A stretch of DNA of 64,000 nt from assembly GCF_009914755.1 (NCBI RefSeq), contig NC_060931.1; one strand, written 5' to 3'. The position numbers and the translations under genes are program-made. This stretch comes from the human T2T-CHM13v2.0 reference genome, Homo sapiens. Shown piece after piece: positions 16,001 through 30,754 of this stretch. Numbering within the stretch: position 1 is the stretch's first letter; each line of letters opens with the position of its first letter. Under the pieces are notes generated by a model. It was not told the DNA's origin. It searched no databases and worked only from the letters and a program-made list of their open reading frames with translations.

Positions 16001-16283
16001 GGTTTCCTGGGGTTGCACCTTCACTCACTGCTTTCCTGGGTGGGGGACATTCCCGTGGCTCCATGTTGCTCTTGGGTGGGTCATCATCCTATCATGCTTT
16101 TCTTCATTCTCCATAGCTTATTTCCTTGATTAGTCCCAACATGCGTACCTGGATGCTTCAGTTGAAGATGCTATATTAACTCACCTTTTTCAATGCTTCA
16201 GTTGAAGGTGCTGTATTAACCACCTGTCCATGAGAGCCACAGACCGTAGCTGCTTCTAGTCAGCCATCTTGGCCCCACCTCTA
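10052..16283 (-). mobile_element. Full-length degenerate L1 (L1PA13-like)
   Basis: 5' end ccaagatggc motif at ~16270; ORF1 fragments (14162-15058) and ORF2 EN/RT fragments ([26 protein letters not shown]) broken by stops and frameshifts; 13-bp TSD caatgacattttc at 10039-10051 and 16284-16296. Confidence 0.93.
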
Positions 16284-16404
16284 CAATGACATTTTCATTT
16301 TATAACCTTTGGAGGTTTCATAACTAGGGAAAGCGTGCTGGTACTGATAATTAGTAACCTTTTACAGTACTTAGTAAAAACATTTTAATGTCTTTTATTT
16401 ATTT

Positions 16405-16699
16405 TCTTTTTTTTTTTTTTAACGGAGTCTCGCTCTGTCACCCAGGCTGGAAGTGCAGTGGTGCGATCTTGGCTCACTGCAGCTCCACCTCCCAGGTTCA
16501 CACCATTCTCCTGCCTCAGCCTCCCGAGTAGCTGGGACTACAGGCGCCCACCACCACGCCCAGCTAATATTTGGTATTTTTGGTAGAGATGGGGTTTCAC
16601 CATATTAGCCAGGATAGCCTTGATCTCCTGACCTCGTGATCCACCCGCTTCAGCCTCCCAAAGTGCTGGGATTACAGGCGTGAGCCACTGCGCCCGGTC
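16405..16699 (-). mobile_element. AluY-like
   Basis: Y-type ccattctcc, gggactacagg, ttagccaggat, gacctcgtgatcc; TSD cttttatttattttct. Confidence 0.9.
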
Positions 16700-17339
16700 C
16701 TTTTATTTATTTTCTACGTTGCATATTCACTGTATGGCCTGGGAGAAAAGACGGCTGGTTTTTAAAATTCTCAGATTGGTAATTTGTTCCTCCTTCTAAG
16801 TCTTTGCCTTTGGTTTAAAAGAAAACATACCCTTTACTTTGTCTAAGTTAAGGTATAATTTCACTGTATCCATCAGTAAGTAGTACTTAATCTAATATAG
16901 AACTTGAATTAAGTCATAGAGTGAGGCTTTTTTGCTTTAAGAAAAAAATCTTACTGCTTTTTCAAAACAACCCAGCTTGTTTCTTGTTACTATAATAATC
17001 CATACTTATAATTACTCATCTAACCTAAAGGAAGACAAGAGAATCTGGTGTTTTGTATGTAAGATCTATAAAACCTACAGTCAATTAATTTCACCCTGTA
17101 ATAATTGTAGATAATCTGAAAACATGAAGTAATTTATTTATAATCCAAAAGGATCATGTAGGTTACCATGTTTATGTGATCAAATTTTAGTTGTTATAAA
17201 TAGATCATCTACAAATAAATCTTTAAAAATAATTATCAAGTTTTTTTCTCTGCCTTTCACTTTGTGTTACTTCATACAGAATAAAATCTGTATAGCTATA
17301 ATCTGGCATTGATTGAATTGCCTCATTGTGTCTACAGGC

Positions 17340-17430
17340 ATTCCCCCAAATATACCACAAATATACCACATGCTCTTCCATATCATATTCCCCCAAATAT
17401 ACCACATGCTCTTCCATATCATATTCCCCA
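17340..17430. repeat. Tandem duplication of a 36-bp unit with a nested 11-bp duplication
   Basis: attcccccaaatataccacatgctcttccatatcat occurs twice; the first copy has aaatataccac doubled. Confidence 0.9.
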
Positions 17431-17469
17431 CTTTCTGGGCACTTTCCCTAAAAGACAGATCTTGGAACA

Positions 17470-17815
17470 TGTTAGTTTTTCTGCCTAGAATGCCTTCCCT
17501 ATTGTTTTTTAGCAAAGTCCCATGGATACCTTAAGTCTTACCTTTAATGCTACCACTACAGTAAAGCTTTCCCTATCTCCACCAAGCAAAGTGACCACAC
17601 GTTTTGCACTTTGCTCAGTAGGATTTATCTGAGTTTATCTGTGTTTATCTGAGTTTATTGTGTTAATTCATCTGAGTTTACTGTTTATCTGTTTATTAGA
17701 TCCTGAGTTTCTTGATGGCAGATACTGTGTTTTCTTCATATTCATGTTTCCAGAAACTAATTATAGCACTTACCTCAAACAAGTGCTCACTAAATATTTA
17801 TGGAATTAATGGATT
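17470..17815 (+). mobile_element. L2 3' end relic containing a 10-bp tandem repeat
   Basis: L2-like terminal motifs (tagatcctgagtttcttga...gtgctcactaaatattt); (tttatctgag)-type repeats at 17624-17696. Confidence 0.6.
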
Positions 17816-18184
17816 TATTTTCATGGTTCCCTCTCGTCATCCAAAACAGGACGCCATATAACTGTCCCAGATCACTCATGTCTACACAGGAAGCATAAAC
17901 CAATTGATGGCTACAGACAGAGGGTATAAAATGACCCAGAAGGCCAAACAGACCCAAACAGACTCTATTGGGAAGTCTGTCTCGGCCAGTGAACAGGAAG
18001 TTCACAAAAATAACTGTTTCTTTCAAAACGCAACATTTCTCCGTCACACAAAGGGTCTCAGTTAGTTGACAGCCTTTAAAACATAAGTTCTTTATTCCAA
18101 ATTATATAATTGGCATGGAAAGAAAAATGACCTTGGAATATTAATCTTAAAAATGTAAGTTTTCTTTTGTTTAAAAAGAAAATA

Positions 18185-18536
<352 letters not shown>

Positions 18537-18703
18537 CTAAAGTAAGGAAAGGAGCCAAGAAAAAGTATCCCAAGTTATCTTGAAATTGAATAAGTGATTT
18601 CAACTTTTCAGACTGCCTAAGAACAAAATGCAATAGAAGTAACAAAAACAACCCCTTTTTTCTCTTATGTGATCCACTCTTACTAAGAATATAAATAAAT
18701 AAA

Positions 18704-18860
18704 CCAGACAGGGTAGCATGTGCCTGTAGTCCCACATACTTGGGAGGCTGAGGATAGCATGAGCCCAGGAGTTCAAAGTTGCAGTGAGCTAAGATCATAC
18801 TACTGCAATCCAGCCTAGGTGACAGAGAGAGATAACTTCTCAAAAAAACAAACAAAAACA
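18704..18860 (+). mobile_element. Alu right monomer (FRAM/AluJ)
   Basis: Single right-arm monomer with (CAAA)n tail. Confidence 0.8.
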
Positions 18861-18905
18861 GAGAGCTAGAAGTTGGCTGCCTGCTTTGCTGCTTTGAAAA
18901 CTGAT

Positions 18906-19338
18906 TGTATAAATTGGAGTTATCTTGTCATACTCAAATATAAGTTGAGAGACCAAGGGGAGGAAAAGAAAAACACTTGGTGGGTACAAGCACCTACCCA
19001 GGAATTATCTCACAAGCCAGTTACTACAAGACCTGCTAAAACTGTAAGACCAGTTTTACCTAGTAGCTGCTGAAATGAACTGTCATAATGTTAAGACTAG
19101 TTTTACCTACCACTGTCACTCACCAATCAGCTTGCCCACTCCTGGCAATTTCCACAGGGCCAGTGAGTTTTCTTTCAAAACAATACATAATATTTCTTTT
19201 TCTAATAAAACCCCCAATGTTTTCTTTGTTTTTCGGACATATCCCTGGTCTGTGTATATGCTCTGAATTGCAAATCTGTTTTCCCAAATAAAACATTTTG
19301 TTTTGAGATACTTCTCTACATTTTATTTGACTTTGACA
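18906..19338 (+). mobile_element. ERV1-class solo LTR (MER110/MER34-like)
   Basis: TG...CA ends, CCAAT near 19123, AATAAA near 19287, terminal ttttatttgactttgaca; subfamily and start uncertain. Confidence 0.7.
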
Positions 19339-19509
19339 CTGCCTATCACCTATAGCTCAGATGCTGTTGTTTACTACAAGTATGCTCTAAGATCTTCAGA
19401 AAGATGTGGGAATTCCGCTCTAATCTATTAACAAATGCTTAAGGAGCACCTCTAGAAAAAGCACGTCATGAATTTACAGAAAGGAAGTTAACATCAGGGT
19501 CATGAGCAG

Positions 19510-20240
<731 letters not shown>

Positions 20241-20299
20241 TGATGAAAGATATTTCTCACTGTTCCTCAATTATGCTTGCACTGCGTCCTTGGCCTCTG

Positions 20300-21033
<734 letters not shown>

Positions 21034-21039
21034 TGCTTT

Positions 21040-21360
21040 TGTTATTTCTTCCACCTAGCCTTGCATTCCCACTTCCTCAAACAAAAATCCTACATGTTTT
21101 TCAAGATCAGATCAAATGCCACCTCTTCAACAAAGCCTTCCCAAGTATGGAATAAATCTCTCCATCTGTTTTCCATCAAATTGCTTTTTGTTTGTGTCTC
21201 TATTTTAAAACAAGTAAACCCTATGTTGTATTTTAGTTATTTGTTAACATGACTATCTCTTCCACTAGACTGTAAACTTTTTAAGTATTACCTAACTTTA
21301 TATTTCTCACAGCATCAAACATGATATCTAAATCATGATGCCTAGACAATGTTGATTTGA
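21040..21360 (+). mobile_element. L2 3' end relic
   Basis: tcaaatgccacctcttcaacaaagccttccc and ccactagactgtaaact motifs. Confidence 0.6.
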
Positions 21361-21638
21361 ACTTAATTTTTTAACTTGGTCTGCTCTTTTGTTAACATGA
21401 AACTGAAAATATCTATTTGTCTAATCCATTATTTTTGATATTAGAACAGAGCTTCCCCCACAAAGTTATAGAGATTATAGAATGTATATATAAATATATA
21501 TATATACACACATATACATATCATTCATATGTAAACAATTAACAATCTAATAATCTTAAGTCTTAGTGGCTTCACAAAATGAAGTTCTAGGTAGTAAGTT
21601 AATCTTTGTAAGACTAAGGGCTTAAAAGAAAAGACCAC

Positions 21639-22030
<392 letters not shown>

Positions 22031-22419
22031 TCATCGGATTTTGGTTCTAAACCAATTTTATCAGTTGTAGTCTCACTGGTAATTTCAGTGAAGTATGAGA
22101 AACAGATGTTAGTTAAGAAGATAGCATGTATACACTAATCTGGATAACAGATTTAATACATACTGGATATACTGCTTTGTAGGCATTGGATTTGATCAAT
22201 AGCTGTGCTCCATTCTTACTACATTTCTTGGGGTATGAAGTATTTCACAGTTAAGATCTGATTTAGTCTAAAGTTTATCATACAGAGAAAATACACAACT
22301 GAACAATGATTGGAAGCATCATCAAGTCCTTATCTGGTATAACAGTAGGATAATTAATTGCAATAATAAATCTTCTCTCACTGAGTACTAGAGTTTTAAA
22401 AATTGTCTTTCCTATAATG

Positions 22420-22596
22420 ACTGATAGTAGTAGAAAATGCACTGATTTGGGAATCAGAAGACTTAAGTTGAAACCTGGCTGTGCCATTTATCAGTTGTAG
22501 AAGTCTGAGCAAGATGTTTTAACTCAGTATCTCTGTTTTAACATCTGTGAAATGGGAATAATGATATTCCATAATAATACTTGTTCTGCCTATCTT
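22420..22596 (+). mobile_element. MIR
   Basis: MIR core (agacttaagttgaaacctggctgtgccattta...catctgtgaaatgggaataat). Confidence 0.7.
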
Positions 22597-22901
22597 TTTT
22601 CTAAGAGACAGTGTCTCACTCTGCCATCCATGGTGGAGGGCAGTGATGTGATCATAGCTCACTGTAACCTCCAACTCCTAGGCTCAAAATGTCCTCCCAC
22701 CTCAGCCTCCTGAGTAGCTAGGACTACAGGCATGCATCACCACGCCTAGCTAATTTATTTATTTATTTTATTTTATTTTTTTGTAGAGATGGGATCTTGT
22801 AATGTTGCACAGGCTGGTCGCAAACTCCTGGACTCAAGTGATCCTCCCACCTCGGCCTCGCAAAGGGCTAGGATTACAGGCATGAGCAACTGCACCCAGC
22901 C
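22597..22901 (-). mobile_element. AluJ
   Basis: Reverse Alu with J diagnostics; TSD ttgttctg(c/t)ctatctt. Confidence 0.9.
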
Positions 22902-23259
22902 TTGTTCTGTCTATCTTATAGGTCTGTTTTGAGTAGTAGATGGAACTTATTCATTGATTCATTAGTACGTCTTTAGTGCCTATTAGATTCTATGACAGAT
23001 AATGCATATTGAAGAGGTGTATAAATTTCAAAGCCCTATAGAAATAAAGAAATTATTTAATTTAGAAAATATTTGATTTGGAATATTTAATATTGGAGTA
23101 AGTGGAACCTTTGGGATATCTTACTAAACAGAAAAGACTATCCTTTTAATTTTTTAATGTAATACTGTTTATTTAACTTCAAAAACATTTCGGCTTTCTA
23201 AACATACAAAAAAAATAACAGAACATTGCAAATCGTGTTTAAGTACAGGAGGTTCTTGA

Positions 23260-23595
<336 letters not shown>

Positions 23596-23663
23596 TGATG
23601 CAGTGGCTCTTCGCTTTGCTGACAATGAACTGTTTAAACTGTTGTTTAAAAACAAACAGTTTA

Positions 23664-23970
<307 letters not shown>

Positions 23971-25454
23971 TTAAAAACTACCACACTTAACAAAAATAAA
24001 AACCTTCTCATGCCAGCTGACCCCCCTTTGTCCACAGCTAAGATGGCAGCAGAATGCTATGTCACTATATACAGAAACAAGACAACCTGAAGCTAAATGG
24101 ATGCCCACTGCAGAGTCAACAGGTCCAGCCTCACAGTGCATATCCTGAGCTACAGCCCCTTCAAAAGGCATCTTCCCCATAGCCTCAACGCCGAGCAAGG
24201 AGCATTAAGAGTTTGTCTCGGTTGTTTTGTTCTTTTTACAAACTATAGACATATACAGTTGATAACTCAGGATTTCTAGCCAATAACCATATAGTTAAAA
24301 CCACCTTACAAATAAAAAAAAGCCAGAAACATCTTTTAAATGCCTTGTCACACCAACAGCAAAGTGCACAGAGTGAGGAGAACACGAGAATGCCTTATCA
24401 TTTTTAAAATGTTTGGAAATATGTACAACTTTGATAAAGTTTCAGGGTGCTCCAGACACCCATGGCCACTTCATGTAAACCACTGACAATTTCTAGAGCA
24501 CTTTGAGAGACTACAATATGATTGTGATCAAATTTTGTAATTAAACCTAATGAAGGCAACAGACACTTCTCAAATAAGAGATGTGTCAATTATGGCGCTC
24601 CTCTACTCTAAGTATTCACATGGAGACAGATAAACAGTTTCTTTATTCATCCTCCTCCTCCTCCTCCTCTTCTTCTTCTTCGCCTTCTTCATCTTCCTCT
24701 TCCACCTTTTTCCAGGCAACATTAGCAGGACCCTCTGCGCCATCAAACTTTCCTTTCGACTTATAGTCAGGAACATCCTTCTCCTACTTCTCCTTCAGCT
24801 TTGCCGCCTTAGTGATGTAGGGCTGCTTTTCACTGTCATTTAAGTTATTCCACATCTCACCCAGCTTTTTCGCCATGTCTCTAATAGAGATGGTGGGGTT
24901 TGTAGATTTGATCTTGGGGCCTAATTCTGAACAGAACAGGAAGAATCCAGACAGTGGCCTTTTGGAGGCATTAGGATCCTTCTTCTTCTTGGCTCCCTTA
25001 GCTGGTCCATAATCCTTCATTTCCTGATCATAGCGCATTTTATCCGCCTTTGTTATTTCATCAAATTTAGATTTATCTTTCCCAGACATTGTCTTCCACC
25101 TCTCAGAGCACTTCTTGGAAAATTCTGCAAAATTGACAGGGACCTCTGGGTTTTTCTTCCTATGTTCTTCTCTGCACGTCTGCACATAGAAGGCATAAGC
25201 AGACATCTTGCCCTTTGGTTTCTTGGGGTCACCGTTAGCCAATCTGACTGTATTGTTCGCTAGTCTGGGCAGCGCAGGGCACAATGCATGGCTCAGTGCT
25301 CCCCAGCCTTGTGCTAGCTGCCTCCATGAGAGCCCGACTATCCTTTTAATTGATACAAAGCCCTGCCTCCATGGCTTAGACAAAAGACAAACATTTCCGC
25401 ATTTTCTCCCTAATCTAACAGCAATGGTGAACTCACATATGTAGGAAATTCTAA

Positions 25455-25555
25455 GTATGTGTGTATGTATGGATATATATAATATGTATGTATTTATGTA
25501 TGTGTATATACATATATATACCTATGCGTGTACTGATGTATAAACACACAAACAT
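25455..25555. repeat. Degenerate (TA)/(TG) microsatellite
   Basis: Alternating purine-pyrimidine run. Confidence 0.75.
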
Positions 25556-26059
25556 ATCCAATTGTCATTCTCAAGGCCCCAGGACTTGCACATAGTTGAA
25601 TTCTAAGGCAGCTGCTGCCATGGGATTAGGTCCAGATCAGGACTGTTCGAGCAAGACAGCAAAGGTCAGAATCACACCCAGGATGCCCTAGGAAGTCCAG
25701 GACACTAGCTAGTCAAAAATATTTATGTGATCACTTCTCAGGCTTTTGGCTAAGATTGAATGCAAACTTATTTATTTGCCTTATCCATTTGTGCAGTCAG
25801 TCCTAAATGCCACAGGGAGAGAGGGAAACAAACTGAAGAAAACATAGTCCCTAACCTTGAACTGCTCACACACTCCACTGAAAAGCAGAAAAGGCACAAG
25901 AAAATGTCTTCAGAGAACACTTACAGAACAGCCCAAGTGCAAATGAATACCATGTCATATAGCTTTTCTCTTTCTTCATCCTTCACTTAGATCCCAACAA
26001 AATAATCAAGAAAGCCACTTCTCCCCCAAGAGAGAGAAAAAGTATTCACAATATGCCAG

Positions 26060-26205
26060 TCACTAAACTGAATTCTTTACTTGAAGAAACAGAGACTCAG
26101 AGAGTTTAAATAAGTTTCCCAAACGAAGTCACAGACATACTAAATAGCATGGACAGTTTCAAACTGAAATCTTTATGATTCCAATGCTCTTAACCACTAC
26201 ACCAT
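26060..26205 (-). mobile_element. MIR
   Basis: gaagaaacagagactcagagagtttaaataagtttccc...gctcttaaccactac. Confidence 0.7.
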
Positions 26206-26742
26206 ATGGTAACTTGTAAATAGCACTGAAAACTGTAATAATGTTATTGGGCATTTTTTTGAGAATTGTATGAGAATTAAGAATTGTTTTAAAAATGGTT
26301 AAGAAAATTCTATTTAGATCACTTCTATGTCCCACTCATAACACATGAAAACCACTGCTGCAGATTGAGTACAAAGGTACTACACAGTGAAGATGGATCT
26401 GAATTGAATCCAACGGTGAACTGAAAGGATGTGAGAGACTAAGTTAGTAAGAGTTGCCAAGATCACTCTTCTTCTTCAGAGAACTGAGTTAGTAGAGGAA
26501 AGAAAGCTGGGCAGGCAAATCTGATTAGGATGAGGCGTTTTCATGATAGCCACACCCTACTCCACCTAGAGCAGACCCAAACTCCAGGAGTGACCCAAAC
26601 ACAAACTGAGGTTCTCGGGGTCAAAGGATTCCCTCTTTTATGAACAAAATATGTCTCCACGCCTCTCTGCACATGCTGTTGCCACTCCCTGGAACACTCT
26701 TTCCCACATATCCCTAGTAAGATATTTCTCTCAAAAAGCTCA

Positions 26743-27022
<280 letters not shown>

Positions 27023-27146
27023 AGCTCAAATATCAGGATTATAGCACTGCCTTCTCTGACTCTCCCAAGCAAACAGAATTACTAGTAGTTAACACCACTA
27101 TTATAGAATTTGGAGTGTAAGTGTGTGTATCCCCTCACCATTCTGA

Positions 27147-27512
<366 letters not shown>

Positions 27513-27739
27513 TCAAACCATTCTTAAAGTCAAACTGTCTCTCTAAAATATTTAGAAACGTATTCACATTAATAAAGATATCATTACTGCAAGTGAACTA
27601 CATCTTTATTTGAAATGAAGGCATGTTCTGTCCCTAAAGTTGGGCCAGGAAGAATGTTTATTCTACTCATTTTGCAGTAGGAAACCTTTACATATCTGAG
27701 GGCCCAGAGAGTTACTTCATATGCCTGAAGCTTGAACTA

Positions 27740-27910
27740 TGGAGAGGCTACATAGTGAAGTAGGAAGACCACCAGGTTAACAATCAGGAAACATGGATTA
27801 CAGTCCTAACAGGCTTGCAAGTCACTGAAACTTGGGCCTCAGGTTTCTTTCTCTAAAATAAGAGAGTTGGTTGGATCAGATGTTTTCTCATGCCCTTTTC
27901 TGCTTGATAC
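27740..27910 (+). mobile_element. MIR
   Basis: caagtcactgaaacttgggcctcaggtttctttctctaaaata core. Confidence 0.6.
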
Positions 27911-28664
27911 TATAGTATTAATATATGATTTTACTATAAAATAAGAATACTAGAATTCAAGAAGCAATGCAAAATCAGAAATAGGCTTTGAATGAAAGTA
28001 TGACAGCACAGGAACCCAAGAAAACAGTTCATGAGCCTGTCCCAGAACACAACAGAAGCACAAACAAAGCCCTCCTCATACAATCCTCTTCTACCTTCAC
28101 CCTTAAAGGTTGAACCTTGCTTGAACCTCTGCTTCTCCATCTTTTCCTCATTGCCTCCAATTAAACCATTCTTTATTTTTCTTCTGGATTACAAATCCAT
28201 CATAAAGTGATGAAGTTTCATAAGAATTCTGCATAATTATTGCTCCTAGACTTTGCAGAAAGCAGTGTGTGATTGAAAGGCATACAGACCATGTTTCCCA
28301 TTGCATATATATATGTAGGTATACATATAATTTAATGATGTTATCTTCACACACACACATGCATACACACACAAATACCCTCACAAAAACCATATCCTAC
28401 ATTATTCAAATCAATATTGATTAGAATTTTGTAATTCAAGTTCTATGAAAATACTTATTAACATTTCATCATTTTATACCTCAGATAAGCACACAATGCT
28501 TTTCCAAACTATTCAGTTTTGCTGTGGAACAAATATCTTTATTAAATGAATATTCATCAATAATGAAACACTAACTATAGTGTTTGAATATTTTAAGGTT
28601 ACTAATGTACTGCTAGTCAAAAATGTTTTAGAAATCCAAACTTTTGCAAATATGCCTCTATTCA

Positions 28665-28870
28665 CAACAAAGTATTTATATGTGAATGTCATGATATCTG
28701 GGATTTTCTTTAAAATACTCCTCCAGCACCTCTCCCAAATAGTGGGGAGGATAGATGAAACAAGATCCCCAAAATGTTATAATTTATCAAAGCCAAATGA
28801 TGGATACATAGGAATCCATTATACTATTCTCTCTACTTTTGTGTATGTTTTCATTTTTCCATAATAAAAA
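28665..28870 (+). mobile_element. L1ME 3' end relic
   Basis: cattatactattctctctacttttgtgtatgttt...ccataataaaaa terminal motif. Confidence 0.7.
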
Positions 28871-28895
28871 CAGATTTTAAAAAAAATAATGCCTT

Positions 28896-29062
28896 GAGCT
28901 GGGTGCAGTAGCTCACACCTGTAACCCTAGCTACTTGGGAGGCTGAGGGTAAAGGACTGCTTGAGCCTGAGAATTTGAGGCTGCAGTGAGCTGATTGTGC
29001 TGCCACTGCACTCCAGCCTGGGTAACAGAATAAGATGCTGTCTTCAATAAATAAATAAATAA
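28896..29062 (+). mobile_element. Alu right monomer (FRAM-like)
   Basis: Monomer with (AATA)n tail. Confidence 0.8.
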
Positions 29063-29996
29063 AATGACTCTACGCTAGTGGCCTGAAACATATAAACGCA
29101 TAACAAATGTGTGTTGAATTAAAGTGCATAAGAAGAAACAATAAACAAATAATAAAGAAATAAAGCTAATAAGTAGAAACATTTTTAAATTTCAATGAAG
29201 ACTACTGTAACCATTGAGAAATTAAATTATATTCCTGGGTCCCTTTAGTGTTTGTTTCCCTTATACATTATATAATTTTTCAATCCTATTGCCTTATTTT
29301 GTGATCTTAAGATCACATCAAAGGGTGAAAGGTGGCTTGTATATCATCAATGATTAACATTTACAAAGTCCCCACTATGTAAACACACAGCACTCTGCTG
29401 GACTCCTTTTAATATATAAGACAATAGCATGGAGTGCTAGCCAATGAGAACCGTCTTTATGAGACCGCAGGAAGATATAAAAAACAAAAGTCATTCTCAT
29501 ATAGAAAATGCATTTCATTACGTTTGTGTTTATCACCATGTGCTCTAATTCTCCTATACTTGTTATCACTTGCTAACTGTATTAATCCAAATGAGCTGCT
29601 GCCACTATATGCAACATCAAACCACAGTGACTTAACCCACTATGTATCAACTTTTAGAACTAAATACTACTTTTGAGATGATCTGTCATTCACAACTATG
29701 ACTTCTCATAATGTTCATAATGTATTCATTGTTCCAATGTAACCATTCAATTTTTCCTAACTACTCACTAATATGTAAATATCTATCTAAGGCAGTCTTT
29801 TAAGAGTTTCACTTCTCATTACCATGCAAAGATTGAAAAAGAGGGATATCCCAAAAAGAAAAATCATTCTCTCCTGAAAAAGTAGCCACAAGGGCCTTAC
29901 TCCAACATTTAAACTTGGCAAGATTTTCATCAGCTAGAATCTAAATTGCTTTAGAATTTCGGTGGGGTGGAACATGTGTGTGAACAAAACACTTTA

Positions 29997-30143
<147 letters not shown>

Positions 30144-30229
30144 TTATCTATTTCTACCTATAATAGAGCCTTAGGTCAGTATTTTTCTCTTCATTTTTGC
30201 CATGCTTTTTTAAGATTAAAAAAGGAGGT

Positions 30230-30605
30230 CTTTTGACTTAAGAGACATAACAATCAGATGTAAAACATTAACCATGAATGGATCCCAGTTTGGAAAAAAA
30301 GTATAAGCATTTGGGGAACAAATGGAGAAATTTGAATATAGATAGGTTATTGGATGATATTTGGGAATTATGTTAATTTTCTTAGTTGTAATAATGGCAT
30401 TGTGGGTAGATAGAAAAATGGCCTTATTTTTAGAAAGTCTTTGCTGAAGTATTTAAGGGTGAACTGTCGGTCATATCTGCAACTTTATCTGAAATGGTTC
30501 ACAGATACATAGATAGACAAAGGCAAAATAGTAACAACTGGTGAATCTAGGTAGTGTACATAACTTCCTGTATGCTTGAAATTTTTCAAAATAAATACTT
30601 TTTAA
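30230..30605 (+). mobile_element. L1ME 3' UTR relic
   Basis: ggagaaatttgaatatagatag...gtatgcttgaaatttttcaaaataaa. Confidence 0.65.
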
Positions 30606-30736
30606 AAAGCTGTTTTTCTGGGGGTGGGGAAGGAAACTTTACTTAGACATGCTAAATGGTGACCTAGGAGAATAATGTATGAGGACTGATGTCCCCTTTT
30701 GACCTAGAAGTGTACTTTTTAAACCAGGTTACTTAC

Positions 30737-30754
30737 TGCCCAAGGGTTCCATAG
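30737..30754 (-). other. Candidate 18-nt microexon of an unidentified minus-strand host gene
   Basis: Minus strand reads tacttaatttctcattgtatcttccccAG|CTATGGAACCCTTGGGCA|GTAAGT. Confidence 0.35.

Noticed and set aside
17223-17534. ORFs with repeated peptides and a possible CRISPR-like repeat
   Set aside because: Only two adjacent copies, no spacers, eukaryotic context; a simple tandem duplication
24581-24766. Poly-serine ORF on +
   Set aside because: Antisense reading of the HMGB3 acidic-tail codons
25243-25383. N-terminal extension of the 199-aa HMG ORF (MSKPWRQG...)
   Set aside because: Starts at a TTG in flanking DNA outside the TSD and reads through the former 5' UTR; chance open frame
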